Of a DNA stretch of 64,000 nt, positions 8,729 through 20,354 are shown piece by piece. Under the pieces are notes generated by a model that was given only the letters and a program-made list of their open reading frames with translations, had not been told where the DNA came from and ran no database searches. Location of the stretch: the NCBI RefSeq assembly GCF_006345805.1, contig NW_021832280.1, positions 1 through 64,000 of the forward strand, in the 5' to 3' direction. The stretch comes from Octopus sinensis. Taxonomy: Eukaryota. The first letter of the stretch is position 1, and each line of letters opens with the position of its first letter. The position numbers were made by a program, and so were the translations under genes.

Positions 8729-11700
8729 TATTTAGTCAAACAGGACTTAACACAGAGGAAACAATACAATGTAGATTTTTTTCTTTTGCAAAATTGATCA
8801 AAAGAGATTGAAAAAAGAACACATTTGGGGGGCGTGTGCAGAAATAGATAACAAGTGGCATCTTTTCTTAACAATTTGAATTCCCAACAGGAGGAGAAAT
8901 ATAACACTGACTAGAGTTATCCATGGAAAGAAAATCCTATGAAAAATAACCATGGTAACCTCAGCAAAAGGAAAATTTCTATGAGAGCAAATTGCCCTCT
9001 CTCTCTTTGTTTTACAAGTTAAGGCTCAAATTGGTTCCGTCATTCATGCATACCTTTTTGCTACATTCACCCACCTTTTATTAAATCTTTCATTAGACAA
9101 ATTTCCCTCTCTGCTCTTACTTTCCTTTTTTTCAAGTAATACCTGAAACAGTTGATGAGAGATTGGTCAGAGAGGAAAGTATTTGTTTCTAAACCTTTCA
9201 AACGAGTCCACCACACACATTCTTTCACCATAGCCACCAATACGACGAAAACTGCCTTGCCCACCCAGTAAAATGGAAGGTGACAGGGCAATATTCAGGA
9301 TAGACTCAGCTGACAAATATGTGGACACTGTATGAGTGTGTTCAGAACAGTTTCATCATTCTGACTGCATCTCAGGCAGGTCGGTTCAGTGTTTCTTGAA
9401 CCATGTCTGTAGACCTTCTCTCAAACAGGCAATGCTTCCCGGTAGCACTGCCAGGCCAAGGATCTCTGGAAATTGTCCATAGGTCCTGGCCTGAAAGTGG
9501 TCCTGAAGAGGCAGGTCAGGTGTTCCCTGTCGATGTCCAGATTCTCCCCAAGCATAGTACCTCCCCTCCACTAGTCCTCTAAAGAACACCTGAGTGGATT
9601 TGAAGTTATTTATACCTGGACAGCAAAGCTGTTCCGGAGCTAGGTGACACCCACGATGCCATTTGCCCAGTCTCAGTTTCTGCTTGATCAATGATGAAAG
9701 AGACGAGCTGCAGGAAGGTATGTCTCACAAATGGTGACCACACCTGGTCACCATCGTCAATTAAACACTGGAAATGTTGCAGTTTCAGCACATGTCTGTA
9801 CATTATTAACCATGGCATACCCAGCTCTCCATTTAGCAGGTGCTGACAGTAAATGGATCACTTGACCATAGAAACATTTCCCTTCCGCAGAAAGTGGAAG
9901 AGTATACATTCCATTTTCATGCTGGTAGCATCAGGACAAGGTAAGATGGTCAGACAGCAGTAGATGACTGATGTGATGTACACATTTTCCTCCTCAGCCC
10001 GACCTTTTAGAGATAGCTTCATCTCAGCCCATAGCTGGGTGAGATCGACCACTCTTCTCATTATCTCATCCCAGTTCTCCATTTGAAGTTCAGGACCAAA
10101 CCAAACACCAAGCAATTTAACTGGTTCATCAGTCAAGCGTCTCATGGTGAAGACACTGCTGGATGGCAATGGTTTGCTTCTCCAGGTGCTGAGACCCAAA
10201 CCCACTGACTTAACCTGGTTAATTGTATCTCCTATTACTGATTCGTACTCCCTTAGTGTCTCGCCAACCAAGTCAATAGGTCTAAGGCTTGACAGTATTG
10301 ACAGTGACATCATCTACATATGCAAACATACTCATCCTGCATCCCAGTTCTCGTGGGATGCCCTTCAGTATCACCAGCTTCCACAGTAGTGGCTCAAGAG
10401 TCAATACATACAGAAGTGACAAGAGGGGACATCCCTGATAAACCGAAAACATAATGTCAAAGGGTTTGGACAGATGGCCATTCACTTGAACTACTGAGTG
10501 GATGCCGCTGTATAAAGCAGCAATCTAACCACGGATGACAGAACTGAAACCAGCTGCCTTGAGAACAGCCACCAAGTATCAATGGCTGAGCCTATTGAAA
10601 ACTTTTGATTGATCCAAATTGATCAGTGCCCCACCCATGCCAGTTTCCATAACTACCCTGTCTGTGATGTAGCGCACGAGGTGGAGGTTATCATGGATGC
10701 TTTTGCCTGGCATGGTGCATGTTTGTGCCTTGTTGACCAGTTTCTCCATGACAAATGCCAACCTCTTGGCTTGCACTTTGGCCAAAATTTTCAAATCTGC
10801 ATTGAACAGAGTGATGGACCTGAAATTATGTATAACATCCCCCTTGTTTGGGTCTTTCTTTAGCAGTGTCACTGCTCCTCAGTTCACAAAACTCAGGGTA
10901 CTCCCATTTTGCTGCCAATTGCAGTAGAGATCCCCAAACAAGTCTGGCATATGACAATAAAGAATGTAGTGACAACCATACGTAAAGGAGATGGTGACAG
11001 AAATGTCTCTTTTTAAATGATGCACGGTCACCTTAAAGGCGACGGTGGTGGAAAACCTCCTGAGATACTGCATGTTGGTGTCATCACAAGAACGTGGCTG
11101 AAGTCGCTGGAACTGGTTGAGTCGTGGGAACTGGCTGGTCTGGTTGTAGTCAGTGGTTGAAGACCAAAGACGAGATATAGTGAATTGATGACGTCTTTTA
11201 AAGCAAGAGTGAAAACCCAAAAGACTGTGTCATGGGACCCTATCCAAAGGCCGTGATTGGTTGGTTTACACACTGGCACGAAATAAGACTGCATCAAAAC
11301 CAACCAATCAGGGCAGTGGACACAACCAGTTCCATGTAGCCGTAGGCTGGCTGCTATCTAACACGACATCATTTCTATGATCTCTCTCAAACAGTGAGGA
11401 TATCACCGAGCCATGCTACAAGCATGTAGGGCAGACCACCCAAGCCCACCAACATGTCTCTCACGCAGCCTGCCATCAAATTCTGTACATCAGCAGCTGT
11501 GATGAAACCTTCACAACACTCTGCTTCTCTTTCCGAGAGTTGTGGCAGGACATGCAGATAGGCACTAAAGTCTATACTGTGTTATGACTCACCACATATC
11601 CCAAACAGTCAGGTAAAGTACTGCTGAAAGGCATCACACATTTTACTGGGCTCGAGTAATTTGCACCCATGTTCATCCATCAGAGACCGAATGGTGGCTT

Positions 11701-13545
11701 TGTTGCCCTGTTGCCCTCTGCCACCTGGGCCTCTTGCACAGCTCCAACACCTTCGTTTCTTAGAGCACACATCCTAGCCCTGCCAACGCACCCTTTGTGT
11801 TTGACATTGAAGTGTTAGTTGAGGGCCAACCTGTCGGTACCTGTCAGACAGTTGGAAACATCTGAGAAGGTCTTTGACACATATCCAAGATAGTGTTCCA
11901 ATCCCCCACTAAAAGTAAAAGTTGAGACATACTCAGGAAAACCTGTAGACATTGAAAGAAATCTGGCCAACCTGATAAGGACGGTGCATATACTGCCACC
12001 AGTCGAAAAGCACACCCATAACTGCTATGGGCATCCAAGACAACCAGCCTACCCTCTGGGTCAGGGAATATTGCCCTTACTTTCAGATTCAGACTCTTTT
12101 GAAAAGGCACCATAGTACCACCGCTGCCCATTCTTGGCAGACACAGAGAAAAATAAACGTCAAATTGTCTGGCAAACATGGGGTCGAGGGCCCATGGGTT
12201 GTGGAGTCTGGTCTCGCCAATAGCTATGATATCTACATTTTGTGATTTGATCTCATTTAACAGGTAACCTTGTTTCCAAAGGGATACCAAGCTATGCACA
12301 TTTGCACTACCTATTTTGAACATGACATTAACGAAACTTGTGTTTTACACTCAGGGACAAAAAGAAAAAGGAGGGAGAGAGAGAGAGAGTCACTTACTGT
12401 TTGAAAGTTGGTTGCTTTCCTCCTTAGACGTTTCTGTCAGGAGGTTTTTATATAGTTTTTCCGGGAGATATTTTTGAAATCTCTCTTCTGCATTGGGGTA
12501 GAGAGGCGGCATTGACTGCTTAGGTTGGTTAAGTCGGTGGGTTGTTTTGTGGAGTTCTTTCATCTGTTTGTGGAGCTGTTTCATATAGATAAAGGTATAG
12601 ATAAATAAAGAGCTGTTTCATTTTTTGTGTTGATGGTCATGTGGGTAATTGTGCTGGTTTGCTCTTGGTACTCTGGTCTTGTTGTTGTTGTTGTTTTGCC
12701 AATTTGTAGTCAATTTTTAAATGGTGTTTGCTACCACAAAGGTAGCAACGTGGCCTTCTGCCCTCAAAGGTGACATTTAGGTTCATGCCATCTGGTAGCT
12801 TTATTAAATCTGGGAGAATTTCAATTGTCTCCTTATTTGTTTGGATTACAAGCTCCACCCCTCATCCAACCCAGTTTTGCTGTTCCAGGACAGCAATTTT
12901 AAATATGTTTAAATTTTCTTCAAAATCATAACTGACAGCTGACACCAGCCATCTTATTTGTATCTCAGAGGGGACATCTTTGTGTCTCACCTTCATCACC
13001 CGACAACCAAGGTAAGTGGGAATCATTATCAAGTCCTCTCATTTGAGGAATTTCCCTGAGAAACCTTTCATGCGCTCCTCCATGTCAAATCCTACCTGGA
13101 TGGTGGTAAATCTTTTGCCCCTTGTGATATATGTTTCATAAGCCCATACGGGCCGTAGACAGTTCTTTACTGTTTGTTGAGTGGCTTGTTCTAGTTTTTT
13201 AATCTTTATGTTTAGGGTTTTATATATTATTGTTTATTTTAGATTTTGTCCTGCAAAATGCTTTCTGGGGTGTTGAGGTTTATACTCCTATTTTCTTTGT
13301 TTAATAACTTTTTGCATTGTAGTAGTTCTTCTGTGAGAAGGACATTCACTGTCTTTTTTTGTCTTAAAATAGCTGCAAAGTTATTCGGTCTGTCAACTGT
13401 AGTGTTGCTGGTGGTAGTGGTTTTTGTAACAGTGGTAGTAAAAGGAGAGATAATAGAGGTGGTTGCACCGTTCATCTCTTTGCCTTCCCTTCCCATTTGT
13501 TTGGAAGGAAAGCTTGTGTCACTATGCGTATTGTTGTTCATATGT
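8729..13545 (-). mobile_element. Tx1-like LINE copy C, near full length but degenerate (ORF1, APE, RT, 3' UTR)
   Basis: ORF1 13239-13541 and 12637-12858 (RRPRCYLCGSKHHL); APE 11844-12323 (VGDWN); RT 10579-10872 (NFRSITLFNADLKILAK..INLDQSKVF), QGCPLLS, YVDDV; 3' UTR ending ..CTAAATAAA. Confidence 0.85.
10965..11420. mobile_element. 456-bp TGTAG..CTACA element (solo-LTR-like or Ginger-like) inserted in the Tx1 RT
   Basis: Removing it restores GLPYML-YCHMPDLF (compare 31670-31710). Flanked by AGAA (10961-10964) and AGCA (11421-11424), a 4-bp TSD with one mismatch. Its right part matches the MITE at 8286-8526. Confidence 0.65.
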
Positions 13546-14303
13546 GTGTGTGTGTGTGTGTGAGTGCATCAATGTTTTCTTTTTTCTTCAAAGTGGTCGG
13601 TATGGTAGAAATTCCACTTCTAACTGGAACACAGGAACGCTGATAGTGTTAGCTGCACTGTCCATGTATGTTTCCCAGACAGATGAAAATGTTTATGAGA
13701 TAAGATTTTGCAATATGAAAATTCACCCTTAATGGGCTAATTTTCAAGCAAGCTTCACTCATAGCAAGCAGATGTTGTTAGGCACCTTTCTGGCAAAAAT
13801 ATATACATATATGCATAAATACATAAATATATGAACTTATGTGAGACGATGCAAACAATAGCCAATCAGATTGATGGATGGATGGATCGATGGATTGATG
13901 GACGGACAGATGGACTGAACCTAAATCAAGGAAATTAAAAGTAATAGCAACAGAAGCAGCATTAGTAACAAGAAGCAATCTTTATGTCCAACTAAATGTG
14001 GATGTTGTGTTAGAACACCAAATACTGCCTTATTTACCTTGAGAGGCCCTCTCATATGGACACACGGTCCATAAAAGCACTCATATTTATATTGTTGGTA
14101 GATGTCAGTCATCTGCTACAGGCACCAAAACTGCCAGATCACGTATTTTCGCTCTGCTCAGGTTCATCAGTGACAGACGCCCTGTAGCAACATAACAGTC
14201 AAATCTCTGTGTCAACGATATATAGACACTGATGTCACAAATAGCCTGAAGGCTTATTAAAGATAATTAATAGCAACAGAAGCAGTGTTAATACCAAAAG
14301 GCA

Positions 14304-14886
14304 TTCTTTATGTCCATATGCTGTAATAAAGAAATAGGGGAAATTCCTGTCCACTGTAGAACTGTTTGTGAAGTTCATTCTTTTTGAATCTTTTCTCTTT
14401 TCCTTTGTCATCTCTCTTATGAATGACCATAAGAGAGATGTTGGACCTCCTCCACCTCCTCCTTCTTGCTTACAATATGAAAATAATAACCTTGTACTCT
14501 GCTTTTGTGCCGCAAATATTCTTGGGACACAAGATGCACCAAAGAACCTCAACTTCAACATTCTTGATAGACATTTCAACAGCAAACACAAGACTCAGCA
14601 GTTTTAATCAGAATGGTGAGTGGAGAGAAGAAACAATACAACTTCAGCTACATGAATACACCATGGCCACATGTTTAACTTCACTACACCACATCAGTGG
14701 CCATGTGAGAGGTCTTTCTGCCACATCCACTATAATACCATGTCTCCCAGTAGACTGGAAGGCCATGGATGGAATATCTTTGATCTGAGTGATAAAAGTA
14801 ATTTTCCTCATTTACTTATTACTGATTAGAAATAAATCATTAAATATTTTAAATATTTTGTTTGTCTTTTGTTAAATTAAATCTCT
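14304..14886 (+). repeat. Intronic block duplicated at 32465-33048; contains a degenerate hAT-transposase C-terminal motif
   Basis: About 7 point differences plus one ~10-nt block versus the second copy. TTSVA-CERSF..NTMSPSRLEG appears after 1-nt shifts (around 14690-14765). Confidence 0.8.
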
Positions 14887-14947
14887 TCTCTTTAAAAAAA
14901 ATCAAAAACTTAAACAAAAATGATAATCATGGTTTTGATTTTTACAG

Positions 14948-15002
14948 AAATTTGATGAATATCTCCTAAGTAAACAGGAAAGTGAAGAATTTCATTCAAA
15001 AG
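14948..15002 (+). CDS. Internal exon of PARP14/15-like macrodomain gene (55 bp, phase 0 to 1): KFDEYLLSKQESEEFHSK
   Basis: TTTACAG acceptor, GTAAAC donor. Paralogous to exon 34341-34392, which follows a macrodomain. Splices in frame to 23950. Confidence 0.75.
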
Positions 15003-15104
15003 GTAAACAATTTGTTTATTGATATTGAATATTATGGTGTCTTCTCTATTAAACATCACTGATTATTATTATTGTTATATTTAGGAATGGTCATTTTGCC
15101 AGTT

Positions 15105-16660
15105 TAGCCTATAAAAACACACACACTATATATTTGGTGTTACTTTGCTTCAGTGTTATTTATTTTTTACATTAATCTTAATCTTATTTCGGCCAGAGTT
15201 CTTTCGTCACACTCCTGTGACCGCATCAGTGGTCCTTTGCTTTCTTCTTTCTTATTTGTGTCTCTCCTTACTAACCATCAGCCATTTTGTATTTCTATTG
15301 TATGTCTTCATTTGCGCATGCTTATATCTCTATGTGCGTTTATGTTTATTTAGTGTGTGGGGGGGGATGCCTGTAATATTTGTATCTTCTGTTTATATAC
15401 GTTCATGTAATTTGTTTTTTTTTTCATTTTGTTCATGTTTACATCACTTATTATTATTATCATTATTATATTATTATTACGTATGCTTGTATGTATGTAT
15501 GTATAACAACAATACTAGTAATAACAATAATAATAATATTAAAACATTTAAAAAAAATAATAAATTTAAAAAATTTTTTAAATCTTTTAAATTTAAAAAA
15601 AACCTATATAGTTATTTATTTCTATTTGTTCATTTATCTGTGTATTTTATTTATTATGTTTTCGGTTTTGTTTATACTGTAACCAGTTTATGGGGATCCT
15701 TTTCTGTCATATGTTGTGGTGTGTGCTAGTGTTCCATTCCAGTTTCCTATTCAGGCTAGGTTTATCTTCTGTTATGTGTGTAGCTTCTGTAATTTGTCTG
15801 ATTGTTGCATCCGTTCTATTTGTGGACAAGATTTTAACCTCTATTGTTGTTGATTGATCCCCTTTTAGTAGAACCCCCTGTACGGATAGATACTGTACTG
15901 TGTGTAGATTTAGCCCACAAACAAACTGTAAAGCCAGAAATGTAGTCTATAGTATAAGATGTATAGAGGGACGATGCAGTAACAAGACAACAACATACGT
16001 AGGGGAAACAGCACGAAGCATAGGAGAGTGGGTAAATGTACATTTACCAACACACTGAGCAGAAACACAGGAGATCAATCAACAACAATAGAGGTTAAAA
16101 TCTTGTCCACAAATAGAACAGATGCAACAATCAGACAAATTACAGAAGCTACACACATAACAGAAGATAAACCTAGCCTGAATAGGAAACTGGAATGGAA
16201 CACTAGCACACACCACAACATATGACAGAAAAGGATCCCCATAAACTGGTTACAGTATAAACAAAACCGAAAACATAATAAATAAAATACACAGATAAAT
16301 GAACAAATAGAAATAAATAGCTATATAGGTTTTTTTTTAATTTAAAAGATTTAAAAAATTTTTTAATTAAAAATTTTTTTTTTAATGTTTTATTATTATT
16401 ATTATTATTGTTATTACTAGTATTGTTGTTATACATACATACATACAAGCATACGTAATAATAATAATAATAATGATAATAATAATAAGTGGATGTAAAC
16501 ATGAAAAAAATGAAAAAAAAAAAACCAAATTACATGAACGTATATAAACAGAAGATACAAATATTACAGGCATCCCCCCCCACACACACACTAACTAAAC
16601 ATAGACGCCCAGATTGCACATGCAAATTCACAGATAAGATATGTATTTAAAAATTAATAA
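15105..16660 (+). mobile_element. Penelope-like element: GIY-YIG endonuclease end plus pseudo-LTR, with an inverted pseudo-LTR copy at the 5' junction
   Basis: 15875-16225 reads PCTDRYCTVC..NCKARNVVYSIRC..YVGETARS..IEVKILS..RQITEATHITEDKPSLNRKLEW with one frameshift. 15331-15859 is the reverse complement of 16073-16610. Confidence 0.8.
15181..15235 (-). ncRNA. Hammerhead-ribozyme-like motif (variant core) in the Penelope pseudo-LTR
   Basis: GG(A)CCA CUGAUGCG GUCACA-GGAG-UGUGAC GAAA G-AA-CUC UGGCC. Stems I and II pair, but the core deviates at A9. Confidence 0.4.
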
Positions 16661-16662
16661 AT

Positions 16663-16706
16663 AACCCATGCTAGCATGGAAAGCGGACGTTAAATGAATG
16701 ATGATG
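16663..16706 (+). mobile_element. RTE 3' tail stub
   Basis: AACCCATGCTAGCATGGAAAGCGGACGTTAAATGAATGATGATG. Confidence 0.75.
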
Positions 16707-17660
16707 AAATAAATTCATGGATGGATGTTATTTTCACAGCAATGATGCTCTTCTCAGTACATGAGCTGTTCCAGTTAATACAATTTTTTGCACTTCCTGT
16801 AGGGATGGTAAGCCTGGTATCATTTTCAAATAGGTTTCAGTACCTTTTTTTATCATTCCTAGAGATCCTACAATCACTGGTACTGTAGTCGCCTTGAGAT
16901 GCCACATTTTTCAATTTCTATTAGCAGGTCTTTATATTTACTAATCTTGTCAAATTCTTTCGCCGCTATATTGTGATCGCAAGGAATACTCATGTCAATT
17001 AATAAACACATCTTTTTTGTCTGATCTTTTATAATAATATCCAGTTTATTAGCTTTTATCGTTTTGTCAATCTGTACGGGGAAGTCCCATAGAATCGACA
17101 TATTTTCTCCCTCAGTCACAGCTTCAGGATGATGTTTATACCATTTGTCAGCGGTTTTGATTTTATAATACCGACATATTGTCCAATGTAAATACTGGCC
17201 GACTCTGTAATGTCTTGCTTTATATTCTACAGGTGCCAAGACTCTACACCCTGAGATTAGGTGGTCTATTGTTTCAATCTCATCATTACAGAATCGGCAT
17301 TTTGGGTCAGCTCCATTTTTTATCACATTGGCTTGATAGTTCCGGGTTAATAAGCTTTGGTCTTGAGCAGCTAATATGAAACCTTCACTCTCTTCTTTTA
17401 GCCCTGAATTTCATAGCCATTGTTGCATCTGTTTCTGGTTGACATCAGCTTGTTTGCTATGGGCCACATACTTGCCATGGAGAGGTTTCTGTTCCCACCT
17501 GCTAGCTAATTTTTCATGTACTTTTGTCTTTGCAATTAATCTTATTTTCTTTGCAGCAGCAGTTGGCACATTTCCTGCAACTTGGTCAATCTGGTGGGTA
17601 TCTAAGAGATCAGTGGCAAATTTTTTGTTCTCGTTGAGAATAGAGTGAAGTTTTTTCGGT
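16707..17660 (-). mobile_element. R4/Dong-like (RLE-type) LINE, C-terminal zinc-finger/RLE fragment
   Basis: CRFCNDEIETIDHLISGC..RHYRV..LWDFPVQIDKTIKANKLDIII..LIDMSIP..KYKDL. Confidence 0.85.
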
Positions 17661-17692
17661 CTTTCATGTTTATTACTATTATTATAATTATA

Positions 17693-17740
<48 letters not shown>

Positions 17741-17743
<3 letters not shown>

Positions 17744-19875
17744 TAGTATATTTTTTATATCGTGCTTTCACTTCACTACCGAGCGCAGCTCTGTGTGCCT
17801 TGGGTATGTGCTGTGAATTGTTGTGATACTCTGATGGTTATTGTATTGAAAGTGTTTTGCATAGGATGTGTGCAGTGCCTAGTAGTGCAATTTTCTGTAT
17901 GTTATATGTGTTTGTAAGTCCTAGTGTTTTTGTTATGTATTTGTCTGAATATTTTTTTATCATGCCTAATGCACCTACTATGATAGGAATTGTTTCTGCT
18001 TTTAGATTCCACATTCTGGTTACCTCTATTTCCAGATCTTTGTATTTTGAAAGTTTCTCCATTTCTTTTAGAGACACGTTGTCATCTGCTGGTATTGATA
18101 CATCAATTAGAAAACATTTTTTTTCTTCATGATCTCTGACAACTATATCTGGTCTGTTGGCCTTAATTTCTCTATCTGTGTGTATTGGCAAATCCCAGAG
18201 TATGGTTGCTTTCTCGTTTTCTGTGACCTTTTCTGACAGGTGCCTATACCATCTTTTTTCTGTTGTTATTCCATAATGTTGGCATAGCTTCCAGTGTATG
18301 TAGGTTCCAACTCTGTCATGTCTGTGAATATATTCTTCTCAGCCAGGACTGGGCAGCCAGAGATAATATGATTTATTGTTTCTTGTCCGTCTCCACATAT
18401 TCTGCAGTTACTTGTTATATTTCTTTTCATTACATGTTTTTGGTAATTTCTGGTGGGGAGGCTTTGGTCTTGTGCTGCAATTAAAAATCCCTCTGTCTCT
18501 GCTTTGATTCCTGAGCTTCTCAACCATTGTTGGGATTTTTCTTTGTCTATTTCTTTTGCATTTAGTTTAGTCCAGTATTTGCCATGAAGAGGCTTTTCTT
18601 GCCATCGTTTTATCATGGTCCGTTGCTGTTCTAGTTTTAGTTTTGATTTCATTTGCTTTATAGCTTTTGTTGTTTCTTCTTCTTCTTCATATTTGTTAGA
18701 TGGTATGATTTCTTGTTTGTATTTGTCAGCTTCCTTAAATACTGAGAACAGTTTTTTGTTTTGCTCGTGTTTTTTCCGCTATTTGTATCAGTTTTCCTTG
18801 CTTCTGAAGTAGGTATTTTTGCAGTCCTATGGTGGCTATTTTATAATAGTTTTCCAGCTGTATAAGGCCTCTACCACCTCCTATACATTGTATATATAGC
18901 CTTTCTATGTCAGATTTTGGGTGATGCATCCTAGTTCCCGTCATTATTTTTCTTGTTTTCCTATCTATTTTGGTCAGTTCATTTAGTGTCCAGTTAACGA
19001 TATTGTAGCTGTAACTTATAACTAGGATGGCTAAAGTGTTAATACCTGTTATCTTGTTTTTAGCATTGAGCTCTGTTTTCAGTATTGATCTAACTCGTCT
19101 ATGATATTCTTTTTTTATTTTCTCTTTCATTGTGTATGTTGTATCGTATCTAGCTCATTGATTCCTAAGTATTTGTAAGTTTGGCTTTGGTCTAATTCTT
19201 TTATTTCATTTGATTTATCTAGTGTGATGTTGCTACTCTTACCTAGTTTTCCTCTTTTCAGGGTTACTTTGGTGCATTTCTCTAATCAAAATTTCATATC
19301 TCTTTCTTTGGTGAATCCATGAACTGTCTTTAGTAGTGTTTCCAGCTGTTTGTCATTTGTAGTGTATAGTTTTAGGTCATCCACATATAAAAGGTGGCTG
19401 ATTGTTTTGCTGTAACATTTATATCCGCATCCAGTTCTATGTAGCATATCAGATAGAGGTGTCAGTGCCAAGTTGAAAAGGAGTGGAGAGAGAGAGTGTC
19501 TCCCTGGAATATACCTCTTCTAATGGGGATGGCTTTGGTTTTCACGAGTCCCTCTTTTGTTTGGAGCTGTAGCACTGTTTGCCATTTATTCACAGTGTGT
19601 CCTATGTGTTTTATAATTGTTGGTGCAACTTTGTTAATGGCTAGTGTTTCGAGGATGCATGTGTGGAGAATGCTATCTAACGCCTTTTTGTAGTCGATCC
19701 AGGCCATACTGAGGCCTTTCTTCTTTCTGTGTTTGTCTTCAGTTATGGCTTTATTGATCATTAGTTGATCTTTACAGCCATATGAGCCCTTGCGGCATCC
19801 TTTCTGCTCTTCTGGGAACAGGTTGTTTTTGTCCAGGTGCTTGTTCAATCTTTGCAATATTACTGCAGTAAATGC

Positions 19876-19877
<2 letters not shown>
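17741..19877 (-). mobile_element. R4/Dong-like LINE, 5'-truncated (RT-ZnF-RLE-3' UTR), (TAA)n on both sides
   Basis: [74 protein letters not shown]. 3' UTR runs into (TAA)n at 17680-17740. Confidence 0.9.
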
Positions 19878-19908
<31 letters not shown>

Positions 19909-20354
19909 GTTGTTATTGTTATTATTATTATTATTGTTATTGTTATTGTTATTATTATTATTATTGTTATTATTATTATTATTATTATTATTGTTATTAT
20001 TATTATATTATTATTATTGTTATTATTATTATTTTATTATTATTATTGTTGTTATTGTTATTATTTATTATTATTGTTATTGTTATTGTTATTATTATTA
20101 TTATTGTTATTATTATTATTATTATTATTATTTTTTGTTATTGTTATTATTATTATTTTGTTATTGTTATTATTATTATTATTGTTATTATTATTATTAT
20201 TATTATTATTGTTATTATTATTATTATTATTATTATTGTTATTATTATTATTATTATTGTTATTGTTATTGTTATTATTATTATTATTATTATGTTTTTG
20301 TTATTATTATTGTTATTATATTATTATTATTATATTATTATTGTTATTATTATT
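19878..20354. repeat. Long degenerate (TTA/TTG)n microsatellite
   Basis: Directly visible. Further tracts at 21162-21280, 22086-22216, 41125-41200, 41581-41711, 53084-53192, 56171-56256 and 57985-58109. Confidence 0.95.

Noticed and set aside
1-14947. Upstream macrodomain exons of the host gene
   Set aside because: None recognised by eye; they probably lie before the window, though a small diverged exon could have been missed.
15145-15729. 194-aa ORF duplicated on the minus strand at 16203-16502
   Set aside because: Low-complexity pseudo-LTR sequence; the duplication is explained by the Penelope inverted repeat.
16031-16048. Perfect 18-bp palindrome GGTAAATGTACATTTACC
   Set aside because: Lies inside GIY-YIG coding sequence and probably arises from one substitution (GAA to GTA); no independent support as a site.
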